Below, piece by piece: positions 32,629 through 40,604 of a stretch of 64,000 nucleotides of DNA (the stretch's first letter is position 1; every line of letters begins with the position of its first letter). The translations under genes were made by a program, and so were the position numbers. The stretch is from Spirochaetota bacterium (GTDB taxonomy: Bacteria; Spirochaetota; Spirochaetia; Treponematales; Rectinemataceae), in NCBI GenBank assembly GCA_029265615.1, contig JAJUIB010000008.1, forward strand, positions 40,256-104,255, given 5' to 3'. The notes beneath the pieces are model-generated. The model was not told where the DNA came from and made no database searches. It worked only from the letters and a program-made list of their open reading frames with translations.

Positions 32629-34221
32629 ATGATCAGGAAGGGCCCCTTCAAGGGAAGGACCGTCGCCGTCGTCAACGATCTTGGGCGGGACGAGCAACTC
32701 TATCTCTACAAAAAAGCGCGCGAGCTCAAAGAGGCGGCGCTTTCAGGCGGTGACCTGTCCGCCTTCCGTCTCGGCGAGCGCGATTACCAGGTCTACCTCA
32801 TCTTTATGGAGGATTCGACGCGCACGCGCGAATCCTTTAGGAACGCCGCGGAGTTCTTAGGCTCGCGCGTCAACGTCTTCGACGCTGCGACGAGTTCGTT
32901 TAACAAGAACGAGTCCATCGCGGACACGATCCGCATGCTCGCAGGCTACGCCGAGGACTCAGCATTCGTTATCCGCTCTAAGCTCGAAGGCGTGTGCCGT
33001 TCGCTCGAGGGGCCGATGGCGCGATATGCGGAACAGTTCGGCCGCCCGGTGCCTGCCTTCATCAACGCAGGCGATGGGAAGCACGAGCATCCCACGCAGG
33101 AATTCCTCGACGAGTTCTCCTTCCTTGAACAGCTTGGGTGGAAGCGCGACCGCATCCACCTTGCGCTCACGGGGGATCTATACCACGGCCGCACCGTGCA
33201 CTCCAAGGTCGACGGGCTCGGTATCTACGACGAAGTCGTCGTCGACCTCGTCGCGCCCGAACTTCTCGGCATGCCCGCGCACTACGTCGAGAAGATGCGC
33301 CGCAAGGGCTATGACGTTCGGCTTTACGAATCCCTCGACGAGTACCTTGCCTCGGGCAAGGTCGCGCCGATCTGGTACTTCACGCGGCTCCAGCTCGAAC
33401 GTATGGGTGATGCTGTCCTTGAAAAGGCGGATTCGCTCCGCGGAGCACTCACCTTCAGGAAGGACATGCTCGGGAAGCTCCCCGAGGGGACACGGTTCTA
33501 CCATCCTCTCCCGCGCGACCGCTCGCGGCCGACGAACCCGACCTTCCTCGACGAGCTTCCCTTGAACGGCTGGGATGCGCAGTCGGCGAACGGCTATTGG
33601 ACGCGCATCGTCCTTCTTGGCATGGTCTCCGGCCTCCTTGGCGCTGATTTCGATGGCAGCCCGCGCCCCTCCCCCTCGTTTGACGAGAACTTCATCGTCG
33701 AAGCCCCCGTCGCCGAGCACCCCGTGCGCGAGTACAAGGTCGGCATCAAGCCGGTCGAGGAAGGCATCGTCATCGACCACATCGCCTCGGGGAGCCCCAT
33801 CGAGGTTATCTGGTCGAACATCGACGCGGCGCGCCGAATCCTCGGCCTCAACGTCCGCTCGAGCCACGGCGTGTACCACAACAACAAGGGCTCGTTCAAA
33901 GGCATCATCTCGCTACCCGACGTGACGAGTTTCGGCGAGCGCGACCTCAAGAAACTTGCGGCGATCGCGCCCGGTTGCACACTCAACCTCATTCGCGGCT
34001 CCCGCGTCGTGAAAAAGTACCGCCTTGCCATGCCGCCCCGCATCTACGCCTTCGACGAAATTTCCTGCAAGAATCCCGCTTGCGTTTCCGCGCCTGCGCA
34101 CCAGGAGGGCGTGGTGCCCGAGTTCCTCAGAAAGGACGCGGAGGCGGGCGAAGCCGCAACGACCTTCATCTGCAAATACTGCGAGCGGGAGCACGCCTTC
34201 CGCGAGATCTGGGACGTGTAG
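32629..34221 (+). CDS. pyrB: Fused aspartate carbamoyltransferase catalytic (PyrB) and regulatory (PyrI) chains
   Basis: ATG at 32629 preceded by GAGGAGG. PyrB motifs EDSTRTRESF, HEHPTQEF and YHPLPRD. The C-terminal ~170 aa carry PyrI features VEEGIVIDHI and the Zn site CKNPACVS...CKYCE. 530 aa. Confidence 0.85.
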   Translation: MIRKGPFKGRTVAVVNDLGRDEQLYLYKKARELKEAALSGGDLSAFRLGERDYQVYLIFMEDSTRTRESFRNAAEFLGSRVNVFDAATSSFNKNESIADTIRMLAGYAEDSAFVIRSKLEGVCRSLEGPMARYAEQFGRPVPAFINAGDGKHEHPTQEFLDEFSFLEQLGWKRDRIHLALTGDLYHGRTVHSKVDGLGIYDEVVVDLVAPELLGMPAHYVEKMRRKGYDVRLYESLDEYLASGKVAPIWYFTRLQLERMGDAVLEKADSLRGALTFRKDMLGKLPEGTRFYHPLPRDRSRPTNPTFLDELPLNGWDAQSANGYWTRIVLLGMVSGLLGADFDGSPRPSPSFDENFIVEAPVAEHPVREYKVGIKPVEEGIVIDHIASGSPIEVIWSNIDAARRILGLNVRSSHGVYHNNKGSFKGIISLPDVTSFGERDLKKLAAIAPGCTLNLIRGSRVVKKYRLAMPPRIYAFDEISCKNPACVSAPAHQEGVVPEFLRKDAEAGEAATTFICKYCEREHAFREIWDV

Positions 34222-34326
34222 GGTCAAAAGGGGGAGCGGCCGGGCGATAGATGCGCGGTGCGCGCGCTGGACAGGCCCTGCGCCCGCGCAGGGGCGTCGG
34301 CCGCCGGGCGCGCGCGGGCATGCTTC

Positions 34327-35565
34327 CTACGCGCTCGGCCTCCTGCGGCTTTCCTCTTCCTGTCCCTCACGGCCGCATCCCCCGGCCTTGAGGGGGAGCC
34401 TGAGCTCGAAAACCGTGCCTTCTCCCTCGGACGAGCGGAACGAGATCGTTCCCCCGAGATACCCTTCGCCAAGGAGCCGCATGCCGTAGGTTCCGACGCC
34501 CCGCCCGGGCCCCTTGGTCGAGAACGAACGATGAAACACGCGCCGCTGCGTGTCCTCGGGCATGACCGCGCGGTTTTGCACCCAGAAGACCGCCGCATCC
34601 TCCGCGTCTCTGTGTCGCTCAATGCGCAATCCCGCAGTCACCGTTTCGTCGCGTTCCGCCGCTTCGAGTGCGTTCTTGATCATGTTGACAAGGACGCGCT
34701 TTAAGAGCGCTGGATCGGTTTCGAGAAGGGGGTGCTCGAGGTCCGGAGCGAGGGTGAGCCTGGCGGGCTTCCCGTGCAGGCGGTAGGAGAAAAGCTCCGC
34801 GGCGCCACGGAGCGCGTCAGCACCGTCGATAAGCACTGGACGGACGGCGAGCTCGCGGCTTTCGGCGGCTTTAAGCGCTCGCTGGGACTCTATCTCGTCC
34901 ACAAGCTGGTCGGTGGCCATCCTGATGAGGCGAAGGTAGTCCCGAGGATCCTCGTCGGGCATCATGGCGATGAGGTCGAGGAGGCTCCGGATGCCCGAGG
35001 CGGTGTTGGCTATGTCGTGGTAAAAGATGCGCTCGAGGACCTCGCGTCGTTTTTCCGCCGAAATGTCTTCGGCGGCCAGAAGAATGAACGGCTTGTTTTC
35101 GAGCTCCAGGCGGCGCGCCCATATCCGCAGATCAAGGGAGGCATTTTGGCCCGATCGATCGCGAATAAGGTTGCACTCTTCCGATTCGGGCACGCCCGCA
35201 AAGCCTTCTTCAATGCCGCGCGCCGCGCCGCAAAAGCGGCACGCGGGGGCGGTGCCGCAGCCAGAGGCGGTTTCCGCCGCATGGATGCAACCGAAGGCCT
35301 CGCCAAAGCGAAGGCCGAGGATGGCCGATTCGCCCGGGGCCTCCATGAGGCTGAGGGCGCGGCGGTTTGCATAGACAAGGCGTTGGGCATCGTCGAGCAC
35401 GGCGGTGAGTAGTGGGTAGTCATCGAAGACGCGGTTGAGGCGTGATCGGGCGATGATAAGCCTGTCTGCGGCGACCGACTCCCTGGCCGCGCGCGCGTCC
35501 TCCGGCTCTCCCTCGCGGGCGGTACAGTGGAGGGGGATGTTCTCTCCGCTTGTGCTTGCAATCAC
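34327..35565 (-). CDS. Sensor histidine kinase (PAS-like sensor with a Cys4 motif, HisKA, HATPase_c)
   Basis: H-box FYHDIANTASGIRSLLDL. ATPase motifs LVNMIKNALEA and STKGPGRGVGTYGMRL. The N-terminal domain contains C-x9-C-x5-C-x2-C. No TM segment seen. Confidence 0.8.
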   Translation of the reverse strand: MIASTSGENIPLHCTAREGEPEDARAARESVAADRLIIARSRLNRVFDDYPLLTAVLDDAQRLVYANRRALSLMEAPGESAILGLRFGEAFGCIHAAETASGCGTAPACRFCGAARGIEEGFAGVPESEECNLIRDRSGQNASLDLRIWARRLELENKPFILLAAEDISAEKRREVLERIFYHDIANTASGIRSLLDLIAMMPDEDPRDYLRLIRMATDQLVDEIESQRALKAAESRELAVRPVLIDGADALRGAAELFSYRLHGKPARLTLAPDLEHPLLETDPALLKRVLVNMIKNALEAAERDETVTAGLRIERHRDAEDAAVFWVQNRAVMPEDTQRRVFHRSFSTKGPGRGVGTYGMRLLGEGYLGGTISFRSSEGEGTVFELRLPLKAGGCGREGQEEESRRRPSA

Positions 35566-35743
35566 GTTGACGTTCTTCCTTTTCTCGCAGCAGGGGCTTC
35601 TGCGCGCGCTCCGCTTGGCTTACCTTAGCCCGCTTTTCGCTTCTCGGCAAGAAAAATGCGGCTGCTTGTCGCGAGGGGGGGATATGCGCTTCCCGAATGC
35701 CGTCAAGGTGCCGTATACTTACACCTCGACGAAGGAGGTGAAA

Positions 35744-36577
35744 GTGTCAATCGCCGTCGAGCATGAAAAGCGAAAACGGGAAATCCTTGAAAAGGCGCTT
35801 GACGTTTTTGTACGTGAGGGCTACCAGGATACGACCTTCCAAAAGATAGCCGAACGCTGCGGCATCACACGCACCATCCTTTACCTCTATTTCAAGAATA
35901 AACGAGAAATATTTTCTTTTAGTATAAAGCTTTTTACTGAGAGGCTCGAAGCGGCTATCCGGGATATCGCCGCGGATGCGGGGCTGGGACAGGCTGAAAA
36001 GTTAGCGCGTATTGTGGGTATGGCGCTTGCCGAATGTGCGAGGAGCCGCAGGCTTCTTGCGGTGGTACTCGATTACCTTGGGCACCTGCGCGCCTCGGGC
36101 GGCGATCCTGACGAGCGCGTCCGTCGGCGCACCATCCGCATGCGGCATATTATTTCCGGCATACTCATCGAGGGCATTGAGCGCGGCGAGTTTCGCCGTG
36201 TGTCGGTGAAAGCCGCAGGCGACCTTGCGTATGCGCTCATCGAGGCGGCGATCTTCAGGATTGCCGTGCTGGGGCGTGACGATGCCGCCGGCCTTACGGA
36301 GGCTGCATGCCTTTTTGCCGAAGGGCTTTCCTCGATGGGAATTTCGCTTAATGTGGCACGAGTGAAGGCGGCGCTCTTAGATGGAGGGCATGCCGCCAAT
36401 TCTGGCCAGGCCGCAGGCCCCGGCGGGGATATCAGCGCCGACAAGGCCGCCAGCTTCGGCAAAGCCGACGGCGCCGACTCGGGTGTGTGTGCCGCCTCCG
36501 TCCCAAGGCGAGGCTCCGCTCAAAGGCGGGAAAGGGCGACGCCCGAGCGCGGGGCAGCCAAAGGAGATCTTCGATGA
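35744..36577 (+). CDS. TetR/AcrR-family transcriptional regulator with a low-complexity C-terminal tail
   Basis: GTG at 35744 preceded by AAGGAGG. HTH region KRKREILEKALDVFVREGYQDTTFQKIAERCGITRTILYLYFKNKREIF. Its stop overlaps the lipA start (ATGA). Confidence 0.75.
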   Translation: MSIAVEHEKRKREILEKALDVFVREGYQDTTFQKIAERCGITRTILYLYFKNKREIFSFSIKLFTERLEAAIRDIAADAGLGQAEKLARIVGMALAECARSRRLLAVVLDYLGHLRASGGDPDERVRRRTIRMRHIISGILIEGIERGEFRRVSVKAAGDLAYALIEAAIFRIAVLGRDDAAGLTEAACLFAEGLSSMGISLNVARVKAALLDGGHAANSGQAAGPGGDISADKAASFGKADGADSGVCAASVPRRGSAQRRERATPERGAAKGDLR

Positions 36578-37449
36578 ACGCGGACTCTATGCGAAAGCCC
36601 GAGTGGCTCAAGGTTGCACTTCCCTCGGGCGACAACTGGCGAAAAACCTCGGCGCTCCTTAAGCGGCGAGGACTCCATACGGTGTGCGATGAAGCGCGCT
36701 GTCCGAACAAGGCCGAGTGCTGGGGGCAGGCGACTGCCACCTTTATGATTCTTGGCGCTGTCTGCACGCGTACATGCCGGTTTTGCGCGGTACCCGCGGC
36801 CCACAAGGGTGAGCCTGTCAATCAGGCGGAGCCCGAAGAGCTCGCCGCGGCCGTCGCCGAGCTCGGTCTTCGCTACGCCGTTATTACGAGTGTCGACCGC
36901 GACGATCTTCCCGACCGCGGCGCCGGTCACTTTGCCGCGGTCGTTCGCGCCATCCATGCGCGCAACGCGGGTGTGCGTGTCGAGGTGTTGACTCCCGACT
37001 ACCAGGAAGGGGAAATCGAAGGCATTCTCGCCGCGGAGCCTGCTGTCTTCGCCCACAACATCGAGGTTGTCGAGCGGCTTCAGTCTGTGCGCGACCCCCG
37101 TGCTTCATACGAAAAGTCGCTCCATACGCTTGAGCTTGCCGCCCGGGACGGCCGCGCCGTCGTCAAGTCGAGCCTCCTACTCGGCCTTGGCGAGACCGAG
37201 GCTGAGGTGCTCGCCGCGATGGATGATCTTCGCTCTATCGGCTGCTCGAGCCTCGTCCTCGGCCAATACCTTCGCCCTACGGCGCAGGAGCTTGCCGTTG
37301 TCGAGTACATAGCTCCTGAGACCTTCGCTCGCCTTGCAGCCGCCGCGCGCGAAAAGGGCTTCGTGAGTGTGGTTGCCGCGCCACTTGCGCGGACATCCTA
37401 CCATGCGAGGGCGGGCTATGAGGCGGGTCTAGCCAAGGGGGGGCTATGA
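36574..37449 (+). CDS. lipA: Lipoyl synthase
   Basis: CDEARCPNKAECWG auxiliary cluster motif and radical-SAM CTRTCRFCAV. MNADSMRKPEWLKV start at 36574. Confidence 0.9.
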   Translation: MNADSMRKPEWLKVALPSGDNWRKTSALLKRRGLHTVCDEARCPNKAECWGQATATFMILGAVCTRTCRFCAVPAAHKGEPVNQAEPEELAAAVAELGLRYAVITSVDRDDLPDRGAGHFAAVVRAIHARNAGVRVEVLTPDYQEGEIEGILAAEPAVFAHNIEVVERLQSVRDPRASYEKSLHTLELAARDGRAVVKSSLLLGLGETEAEVLAAMDDLRSIGCSSLVLGQYLRPTAQELAVVEYIAPETFARLAAAAREKGFVSVVAAPLARTSYHARAGYEAGLAKGGL

Positions 37450-37733
37450 TTGTGAAACGCGACCATAAGGTGCCTGGCGGAAAACTTCTCCGCGTCGAGG
37501 TTGAGTGCGGGGAGGGCAAGGTGCTCGCCCTGCGCGTCGATGGCGACTTTTTCGCCCACCCCGAGGAGCTATTCGAGGCCGCGGAGGCGGAACTTGTTGG
37601 CCTGCCGGTCGAGGCGCTTGCGGACAGGGCCCGTAGCGCCTTCAGCCGTAGCGGACTTACGCTCTATGGCGTCGGTTCCGATGACATCGCGGAAACACTC
37701 AAGGGGGCGCTCGATGCGGCTCAGATTTCTTGA
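37446..37733 (+). CDS. Stand-alone lipoate-protein-ligase C-terminal-domain protein (LplB-like)
   Basis: 95 aa. KVPGGKLLRVEVECGEGKVLALRVDGDFFAHPEELFEAAEAELVGLP matches the Lip_prot_lig_C pattern (GG-K-l-v-v...GDFF..P) as I remember it. Its ATG overlaps the lipA stop. Confidence 0.6.
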   Translation: MIVKRDHKVPGGKLLRVEVECGEGKVLALRVDGDFFAHPEELFEAAEAELVGLPVEALADRARSAFSRSGLTLYGVGSDDIAETLKGALDAAQIS

Positions 37734-38508
37734 CACGGGCTCCGGAAGTGGCGCCTTCAACATGGGCCTCGACGAGGCCCTGCTTGAATCGGTGGCGGCG
37801 GGCCGGTCTCCGCCGCTCGTGCGCCTGTACCGCTGGGAGCCTGCCGCGGTGACCCTTGGCTATTTCCAGTCGGCGCAGGCCGAGGTGGATGTCGCGGCGG
37901 CCCACCGCATGGGCGTCGATGTGCTTCGCCGCGTTACGGGCGGCGGTGCTGTGTTTCATGCCGCGGAGATCACCTATTCGATCGTCGCGCCTGAGGGGCA
38001 TCCCCTTGCGCCTTCTGACATTCTTGAGTCCTATAGGCGCATCTGCGCTGGCCTTGTGGCGGGACTCAAGTTCCTCGGTGTTTCGGCCGCATTCGCGCCG
38101 ATCAACGACATCGTCGCGGCGGGCAAGAAGGTGTCAGGCAATGCGCAGACGCGCAAGCAGGGTTGCCTTCTCCAGCATGGCACACTTCTTCTTGATGTTG
38201 ACGTCGAACGAATGTTCTCCGTCCTCCTCGTGCCAAATGAAAAGCTCAAGGGCAAGCTCATCGAGGATGTCAAGGCGCGTGTCACGGGGCTCCGCGCGCT
38301 ATGCGGCCGCGAGATTGGCTACGCGGAGGCCGCAACCGCGCTCAAGGCGGGCTGTGCCGCTGCGTGGATAGAATTTTCAAAGGAGGGTGGCGCGGCGCCT
38401 CAAGGCGTGGTTTTCGAGGACTCGGCGCCAACGAAGGAGGAGCTCGAACGCGCCGCCATCCTTAGCGCGGAGAAATACGGACGCGATTCCTGGACTTTCC
38501 GCCGCTAA
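37714..38508 (+). CDS. lplA: Lipoate-protein ligase / octanoyltransferase catalytic-domain protein (LplA/LipM family, no C-terminal domain)
   Basis: MRLRFLDTGSGSGAFNMGLDEALL, RRVTGGGAVFH and GKKVSGNAQ (catalytic Lys context). ATG at 37714 overlaps the previous ORF by 20 nt. Confidence 0.8.
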   Translation: MRLRFLDTGSGSGAFNMGLDEALLESVAAGRSPPLVRLYRWEPAAVTLGYFQSAQAEVDVAAAHRMGVDVLRRVTGGGAVFHAAEITYSIVAPEGHPLAPSDILESYRRICAGLVAGLKFLGVSAAFAPINDIVAAGKKVSGNAQTRKQGCLLQHGTLLLDVDVERMFSVLLVPNEKLKGKLIEDVKARVTGLRALCGREIGYAEAATALKAGCAAAWIEFSKEGGAAPQGVVFEDSAPTKEELERAAILSAEKYGRDSWTFRR

Positions 38509-38523
38509 GGCGGTGCTCAAGCT

Positions 38524-39243
38524 TTAGTCCCGCGCAGCGCCTGTCGATTTGAGCGCCACGAGATTGTATTTTCCTGCGGCGACAACCTTCGCCGCGAAGA
38601 GGCTTGTGATGTTCTCTTCGTACTTCGTGATGCGGTAGATGTAGTCGAGCGTTCGCCGTGGGGTGCCGCCCTTCGTTACGCGGTGCGCCCCCGCATTGTA
38701 CATCGCGAGCGCCGCTATTTCGTTGCCCCCCGTCCTCAGGCAGAACTCGAGGTGTGCAAGCCCATAGCGCGCGTTGATGTCCGGGTTAAAGACCTCGGCG
38801 GGGCCGAGGTCGGGAAACGACTTGGTGTTGAGCTGAAAAAGGCCGCGGTCCTGGCTGTCGCCGTTGTCGTTTACCGCCGCCACCTGGTAGCGGCTTTCTT
38901 CGTAGGCAAGCGCGAAGGCGAGTCCCGGCGGGATGCCGAAGCGCTCGGCGTTTTCGAGGATGGCGCGGGCAACACGCTCCGAACGGGTGAGGCTTGCGAA
39001 GAACTCGACGACGCGCGCACGGGTCGCGGTGTCCCGGTAGTAGTCGGCGATGATGTCGGTGCGGTCGAGGTTTTGCATGAAGGCCGGGATCTCTGCGTCG
39101 CCGAGCGCGGCAAGGCGGATGATTTCTGAATCGATGTCGGGATGGAAGCTCGGGCGGGCCTGGGCGCAGGATGTGAATAAAATCATTATATTGAATGAAA
39201 TTAGCCAAATAAAGAAATTTGATGTTTGTCTAGTTCGTGGCAC
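38524..39243 (-). CDS. Lytic transglycosylase (SLT domain), probable lipoprotein
   Basis: GTG at 39243 preceded by AAGGAG. Lipobox-like ILFTSC. SLT motifs ALAYEESRYQ, RGLFQLN and MYNAG. Confidence 0.8.
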   Translation of the reverse strand: MPRTRQTSNFFIWLISFNIMILFTSCAQARPSFHPDIDSEIIRLAALGDAEIPAFMQNLDRTDIIADYYRDTATRARVVEFFASLTRSERVARAILENAERFGIPPGLAFALAYEESRYQVAAVNDNGDSQDRGLFQLNTKSFPDLGPAEVFNPDINARYGLAHLEFCLRTGGNEIAALAMYNAGAHRVTKGGTPRRTLDYIYRITKYEENITSLFAAKVVAAGKYNLVALKSTGAARD

Positions 39244-39293
39244 TATATGTGCTCCTTTGCGCGGTTTGACAAGGATACCCTAAGTAAAGCGCT

Positions 39294-39321
39294 ATTGTAT
39301 CGGTGAGGCTACGAGCGTCAA
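39294..39321 (-). promoter_or_regulatory. Candidate promoter for the SLT gene (TTGACG-N16-TACAAT)
   Basis: Minus-strand read cTTGACGctcgtagcctcaccgaTACAATagc, about 50 nt upstream of the GTG start. Confidence 0.45.
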
Positions 39322-39368
39322 GTAGGCTTTGCGGGCACCTTTTGCACGGGCGCAAGGCCGTGCGCCGC

Positions 39369-39397
39369 TTGCCAAAGCCGGTGCCAGGATGCATACT
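39369..39397 (+). promoter_or_regulatory. Candidate promoter TTGCCA-N17-CATACT ending 8 nt before the asparaginase-like ATG (leaderless candidate)
   Basis: Hexamers read directly from the sequence. There is no Shine-Dalgarno sequence between the -10 and the ATG at 39406. Confidence 0.35.
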
Positions 39398-39405
39398 TCT
39401 TCATC

Positions 39406-39897
39406 ATGGATCAGGCTGTTCGCGTCATCGTGACGGGTGGTACGTTTGATAAGCATTATGATGAAATTCGGGGAGAACTCACCTTCAAGGAGAGCCACCT
39501 GCCCGAGATCCTCAAGCTTACGCGGGTGACGGTGCCGGTCGAGCTTGAATTCGACCAGCTCATCGACAGCCTTCAGATGCAGAAGGCCAACCGGCTCTCC
39601 GTCCTCGAGGCCTGCAGGAGGTGTGCGGAATCACGCATCATCGTGACCCACGGCACGGATACGATGGTTGACACCGCCCGCGTTCTCGGCGAGGCAGCGC
39701 TCGGAAAGACCATCGTTCTCACAGGCGCGATGATTCCCTACAAGATCGTCGGTTCCGATGCGCTCTTCAATTTTGGGACCGCTTTTGCCGCCGTCCAGCT
39801 GCTTGAAGCCGGCGTATACATCGTGATGAACGGCCGGGTCTTTGACTGGGACAAGGTTCGAAAGAACCGCGAGAAGGGCGTTTTCGAGGCGGTCTGA
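39406..39897 (+). CDS. Single-domain asparaginase-family protein (N-terminal catalytic domain only, 163 aa)
   Basis: VTGGTFDK (catalytic Thr motif) and HGTDTM motifs. There is no second (C-terminal) asparaginase domain. Confidence 0.75.
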   Translation: MDQAVRVIVTGGTFDKHYDEIRGELTFKESHLPEILKLTRVTVPVELEFDQLIDSLQMQKANRLSVLEACRRCAESRIIVTHGTDTMVDTARVLGEAALGKTIVLTGAMIPYKIVGSDALFNFGTAFAAVQLLEAGVYIVMNGRVFDWDKVRKNREKGVFEAV

Positions 39898-40517
39898 TGG
39901 CGCGGGAAAAGGACGAGGGGAAGCGGCGCGCGATTCTAGCAACCGCGAAAAGGCTGTTCGCTGAGCGCGGTTTCCACGCGACGAGCGTCGCCGACCTCGC
40001 CCGCGCGGTGGGGTTGCCGGTCGGGAGCATCTACACCTATTTCTCCGGAAAGGATGCGCTCCTTTCCGCCGTGCTCGAGGAGGGATGGAGCTCCTTTTTT
40101 GAAAGCCTCTGCGAGGCCTTTACCAGAGCCCGGCGTCCTGAGGAAAAGCTCGCCCTCCTCGTCTACCGCTTTATCCCCGAGCTTCTCGGGGATCTCGACC
40201 TCATCTCGATCATCCTTGCCGAGGCGGTGCGCTTCCCCGGGCTGGAAGACAAACTTGAGCGGCTCACCGCGCTTATAGCGGAGCCGGTTGTCGAGCTTGC
40301 GGCCGCGCGGGAGGAGCCCTTCGATTTTCCGCCGAGCCAGGCAAAGGCCGCTCTCATCCTCTATCTGCTGGGGAGCCTCGATACGGTACGCATCGCGCGA
40401 AGCGCCGGCCTATCGCTCGGACCTGAGGACGTCATCGCTTTTATCCGCCTCTCCGTCGAGAATTCCTTCCACATAAAGCTCGGCCCCGAACTCCTCGGTC
40501 CTCAGCGCGAGGGCTGA
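39897..40517 (+). CDS. TetR/AcrR-family transcriptional regulator
   Basis: RRAILATAKRLFAERGFHATSVADLARAVGLPVGSIYTYFSGKDAL. Its ATG overlaps the upstream TGA by 1 nt. Confidence 0.8.
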   Translation: MAREKDEGKRRAILATAKRLFAERGFHATSVADLARAVGLPVGSIYTYFSGKDALLSAVLEEGWSSFFESLCEAFTRARRPEEKLALLVYRFIPELLGDLDLISIILAEAVRFPGLEDKLERLTALIAEPVVELAAAREEPFDFPPSQAKAALILYLLGSLDTVRIARSAGLSLGPEDVIAFIRLSVENSFHIKLGPELLGPQREG

Positions 40518-40604
40518 GCGTTCCTTCCGCGCATGCGGCGCGGACGCGCGCGTGGCGCGACCCTCCAGGCCGCGCCGCGGAGTCTACGCCTTCGCGAGGG
40601 GGCT

